Shown here: positions 12,324 through 15,425 of the stretch, piece by piece | Layout of the letters: each line of letters starts with the position of its first letter | Numbering within the stretch: position 1 is the stretch's first letter | Assembly: GCA_964549185.1 (NCBI GenBank) | Contig: CAZJUI010000004.1 | Span: forward strand, 54,637 to 70,061 | DNA: 15,425 bases | Direction: 5' to 3' | Origin: Candidatus Woesearchaeota archaeon | GTDB lineage: Archaea; Nanobdellota; Nanobdellia; SCGC-AAA011-G17; JAGVZF01 | Made by a program: the position numbers and the translations under genes | The notes under the pieces: generated by a model | Seen by the model: only the letters and a program-made list of their open reading frames with translations | Told to the model about the DNA's origin: nothing | The model's database searches: none

Positions 12324-15300
12324 ATGGTAATGGATAAATTAAGCAGCAGTTTGAGAAACACATTAAAGAAGATAGCTGGAACTATGTTTGTTGATGAGAA
12401 ATTAATAGATGAGTTAATAAAAGACATACAAAGAGCACTTTTACAATCTGATGTTAATGTTCAATTGGTGTTTAATTTAAGCAAAGATATTAAGAAAAGG
12501 GCTTTAGAAGAAAAACCAACAAAAGGAATAAGTGCAAAAGAACATTTAATTAAAATTGTTTATGAAGAGTTAGTTAAATTTTTAGGTAAAGAACAAAAAG
12601 GAATTGAAATTAAAGATAAGAAGCCATTTAAGATCATGATGGTTGGACTTTTTGGGTCGGGAAAGTGCGTTCATAAAAATAGTAAAATTCCATTAAGTAA
12701 TGGAGAGATATTAACAGCTGAAAAAATATATGAGAGGTATAGTGATAAAGAGCTTATTATAGAAGACGGCTCAATAATTGACATAGAAAAAGAAGATTTG
12801 ACTGTTCCTTCTTTTAATCCCAAAACCCTAAAAATAGAAGAGAAGAAAGTGACAAAATTATGGAAGTTAAATGGAAAAGATTTACTTCAAGTATATTTAG
12901 ACAATGGCAATGATTTTAGTGTTAGAGTAACACCTGAACATCCTTTCTTTGCTTTAAGAAACAATGTTGTAAAAAGGATCCGAGCTGATGAATTGACAGA
13001 AGATGATGTAATCGCAGTTCCATTCAATTATGAAACTATAGGTAAAGAACAGAACTTATTTAAAGAACTTAAAGAACTAGATTTAGATATAAAGCATAAA
13101 ACTGATATCACCCCAATCAACATTAAAAAAGAGATTCTTCCGAGACTGAAATTTAATAGGAACTATTGCCAACTTACGGCCGATTTTAGATTAGGGATTA
13201 CACCAATATGTTTAGTTGATTCTATTAATACAGAAACAGTTGAAGTAAAAAAGAGATATTGTAAAAAATTTATAAAATTTCCAGTTAATGTTACTCAAGA
13301 CTTAGCTGAATTTATGGGATATGTAATTGGCGATGGGCATTTAGGAAAAGACTACGTTGAAATTACAAATGAAGATCCTGAAATAATACACAGAATTATT
13401 CAACTTTCCGAAAAACTTTTTGGACTAAGAATTTATATAAAAGAAGATAAAAGAACAAAAGCTACAAAACATTTAGTTATAAGCTCAAAGACATTGGTAG
13501 AAATTTTAAACAAGATATTTGAGATTCCAATAGGGAAGAAAGGAAAAAATCTTAGAATCCCAAAACAAATACAAAAGAGCGATAATATGGTCATTAAAGA
13601 ATTCTTAAGGGCTTATTTCGATTGTGATGCTTCCCCTGCAGATAATTCAAGAAATATAGAACTATGTTCTGAAAGTAAGGAGATAATAACTGATGCTAGC
13701 TATCTCTTAAATAGATTTGGAATAATATCTTCGATATCACGAAAAATAATTAATAATATCCCGTATTGGAGATTATATATCTCAGGTCGTTATGCTGAAA
13801 ATTATGCTAAAAAAATTGGCTTTATTGTAAAACACAAGAAAGAAAGAAGTGAGCAATATTCTTTAATAGGGACCATCCAGGGTTGTGGAGATCAAGATAT
13901 GATAGTTTTTGGCAATTCTTTAAAAGTTTTAAGGCAAAATTTAGGGTTTACCATTGGAGAGATACAGGAATATGTAAATAGTTATGGAATTTATGAAAGA
14001 ATAGGTGAAATATCTAGAGAAAGTTTATCAAAATTAATTGCATTATATTATTTGAAGAAAAAGGGAAATGTCCATGTGATTTTAGAACATTTGCAAAGCA
14101 AAAATTCACAATTAAGTAACGCCTTTATTAACGGTTTTAGTTCTTATCTAAAAAAAGAGAATTTTATAGCTGAGAATAATGGGCAATTATTGCTTACACA
14201 AAGGGCACTAGATTATTTAAATATAAGCATTAACAAGCAAGAACTATTAGAGCCATTTAGAAATATAGTGAGATCAGATGTGTGCTGGATTAAAATAAAA
14301 AAAATAGAAAACATTGGTAAAGTTGACTTTGTTTATGATTTAACAGTTGAAGATAATCATAGCTTTATTGCTGATGGAATTATTGTTCACAATACAACGA
14401 CTATAGGAAAACTTGCAAAATATTATTCAAAAAGAAATTATAAGGTAGCTGCTGTTGGATTAGATGTTCATAGACCTGCTGCGCCTGAGCAATTAGAGCA
14501 AGTTTGTAAACAAGTTAATGTGCCTGTTTTTATTGATAAAAAAGAGAAAAGTGCATTAAAAATTTATGAGAAATTTGAGAAAGAATATGGTAAATATGAT
14601 ATTTTAATAATAGATACAGCTGGAAGAGATGCTTTAAGCAAAGATTTAATTGAAGAAATTGAAAGTTTAAATAAGAAGATAAAACCAGATGAAAGATTAT
14701 TAGTTATAAGTGCTGATATTGGACAGGCTGCACAAAAACAAGCTGAGCAATTTCATCAAAGTGTAGATATTACAGGAGTTATTGCAACTAAGATGGATGG
14801 AACAGCTAAAGCTGGAGGGGCATTATCTGCTTGTAGTGTAACTAAAGCTCCTATAAAATTTATTGGTGTAGGTGAAAAAATAGATGATTTAGAAGCTTTT
14901 GATCCTGAAGGTTTTGTTTCAAGATTACTCGGAATGGGAGATTTAAAAGCTTTATTGGAAAAAGCTCAGGAAGCAATGGATGTTGAGACAGCTGAAGATT
15001 TAGGAAAGAAGTTTTTGAAAGGAGATTTTAATTTTCTTGATTTATATGAACAGATGCAAGCTATGAGAAAAATGGGACCATTAAGTAAAATAATGGAACT
15101 TGTTCCAGGAATGGGAAATATGAATATTCCTAAAGAAATGTTGCAAGTTCAGGATGATAAGTTAAAGAAATGGAAATTTATTATGCAGAGCATGACAAAA
15201 GAGGAATTAGAAGAACCAGATGAATTACTAGATAGAAGCAGAATAGACAGAATAGCTAAAGGTTCAGGAACAACAGGTCATGAAGTTAGAGAGTTGTTAA

Positions 15301-15419
15301 AACAATATAGACAAAGCAAGAAGGTTGTTAAGTTAATGAAGGGAATGGATGATGAGAAAGATATGAATAAGTTAATGAAGAAATTCCAGGGAAAAATGCC
15401 TAAGGGTTTTGGGATGTAG
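12324..15419 (+). CDS. srp54: signal recognition particle protein SRP54 precursor, interrupted by an in-frame intein
   Basis: 1031-aa ORF. The N domain starts MVMDKLSSSLRNTLKKIAG..FVDEKLIDELIKDIQRALLQSDVNV. The G1 motif is split as GLFGSGK / TTTIGKLA. After the insert come DTAGRD, TKMDGTAKAGGALS and GVGEKIDDLEAFDP, then the methionine-rich M domain (MQAMRKMGPLSKIMELVPGMGNM). The exteins sum to 455 aa. Confidence 0.95.
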   Translation: MVMDKLSSSLRNTLKKIAGTMFVDEKLIDELIKDIQRALLQSDVNVQLVFNLSKDIKKRALEEKPTKGISAKEHLIKIVYEELVKFLGKEQKGIEIKDKKPFKIMMVGLFGSGKCVHKNSKIPLSNGEILTAEKIYERYSDKELIIEDGSIIDIEKEDLTVPSFNPKTLKIEEKKVTKLWKLNGKDLLQVYLDNGNDFSVRVTPEHPFFALRNNVVKRIRADELTEDDVIAVPFNYETIGKEQNLFKELKELDLDIKHKTDITPINIKKEILPRLKFNRNYCQLTADFRLGITPICLVDSINTETVEVKKRYCKKFIKFPVNVTQDLAEFMGYVIGDGHLGKDYVEITNEDPEIIHRIIQLSEKLFGLRIYIKEDKRTKATKHLVISSKTLVEILNKIFEIPIGKKGKNLRIPKQIQKSDNMVIKEFLRAYFDCDASPADNSRNIELCSESKEIITDASYLLNRFGIISSISRKIINNIPYWRLYISGRYAENYAKKIGFIVKHKKERSEQYSLIGTIQGCGDQDMIVFGNSLKVLRQNLGFTIGEIQEYVNSYGIYERIGEISRESLSKLIALYYLKKKGNVHVILEHLQSKNSQLSNAFINGFSSYLKKENFIAENNGQLLLTQRALDYLNISINKQELLEPFRNIVRSDVCWIKIKKIENIGKVDFVYDLTVEDNHSFIADGIIVHNTTTIGKLAKYYSKRNYKVAAVGLDVHRPAAPEQLEQVCKQVNVPVFIDKKEKSALKIYEKFEKEYGKYDILIIDTAGRDALSKDLIEEIESLNKKIKPDERLLVISADIGQAAQKQAEQFHQSVDITGVIATKMDGTAKAGGALSACSVTKAPIKFIGVGEKIDDLEAFDPEGFVSRLLGMGDLKALLEKAQEAMDVETAEDLGKKFLKGDFNFLDLYEQMQAMRKMGPLSKIMELVPGMGNMNIPKEMLQVQDDKLKKWKFIMQSMTKEELEEPDELLDRSRIDRIAKGSGTTGHEVRELLKQYRQSKKVVKLMKGMDDEKDMNKLMKKFQGKMPKGFGM
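12666..14393 (+). mobile_element. 576-aa class-1 intein with LAGLIDADG homing endonuclease domain, inserted in the SRP54 P-loop
   Basis: Cys1 (TGC 12666-12668; CVHKNSKIPLSNG is block A) and block B VTPEHPFF (TPEH at 12930-12941). LAGLIDADG motifs are LAEFMGYVIGDGHL (13302-13343) and VIKEFLRAYFDCDASP (13590-13637). Block F is DFVYDLTVEDNHSFIADG, and block G IIVHN ends at 14393, followed by Thr +1 (ACA 14394-14396). Confidence 0.93.
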
Positions 15420-15425
15420 AGTATG

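Noticed and set aside
1-15425. Search for rRNA, tRNA, SRP RNA, CRISPR arrays or transposases
   Set aside because: The non-coding gaps contain no GC-rich structured segment. No regularly spaced direct repeats and no transposase- or integrase-like ORF were seen. All intergenic regions are short and AT-rich.

Overview
This window is a visibly AT-rich, very gene-dense archaeal chromosome segment. The archaeal assignment rests on a group II chaperonin (thermosome), archaeal-type SRP54 and FtsY, and BRE/TATA promoters. The compact, mostly leaderless layout fits a small-genome archaeon such as a DPANN-like lineage, but lineage cannot be established without a database search. I support 16 protein-coding genes. 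Two of them are short ORFs missing from the supplied track: a 55-aa membrane peptide and a 48-aa zinc-ribbon protein. Housekeeping content is the thermosome with a translationally coupled 109-aa ORF, two small winged-helix proteins, a lipobox-bearing alpha/beta-hydrolase plus six-blade NHL propeller fusion, ftsY, a GNAT acetyltransferase, a GapN-like aldehyde dehydrogenase and srp54. The most interesting content is selfish-element colonisation of both paralogous SRP GTPase loci. First, a complete 576-aa LAGLIDADG intein splits the P-loop (GSGK|TTT) of SRP54. Second, a free-standing two-motif I-DmoI-like LAGLIDADG homing endonuclease gene sits directly downstream of ftsY, and its 3' end overlaps the start of the unannotated zinc-ribbon gene. 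A rigid promoter grammar (TATA octamer starting 28-30 nt before the ATG) predicts leaderless mRNAs for most genes. It also lets several start codons be corrected. I saw no rRNA, tRNA, CRISPR array, transposase or recognisable defence gene.
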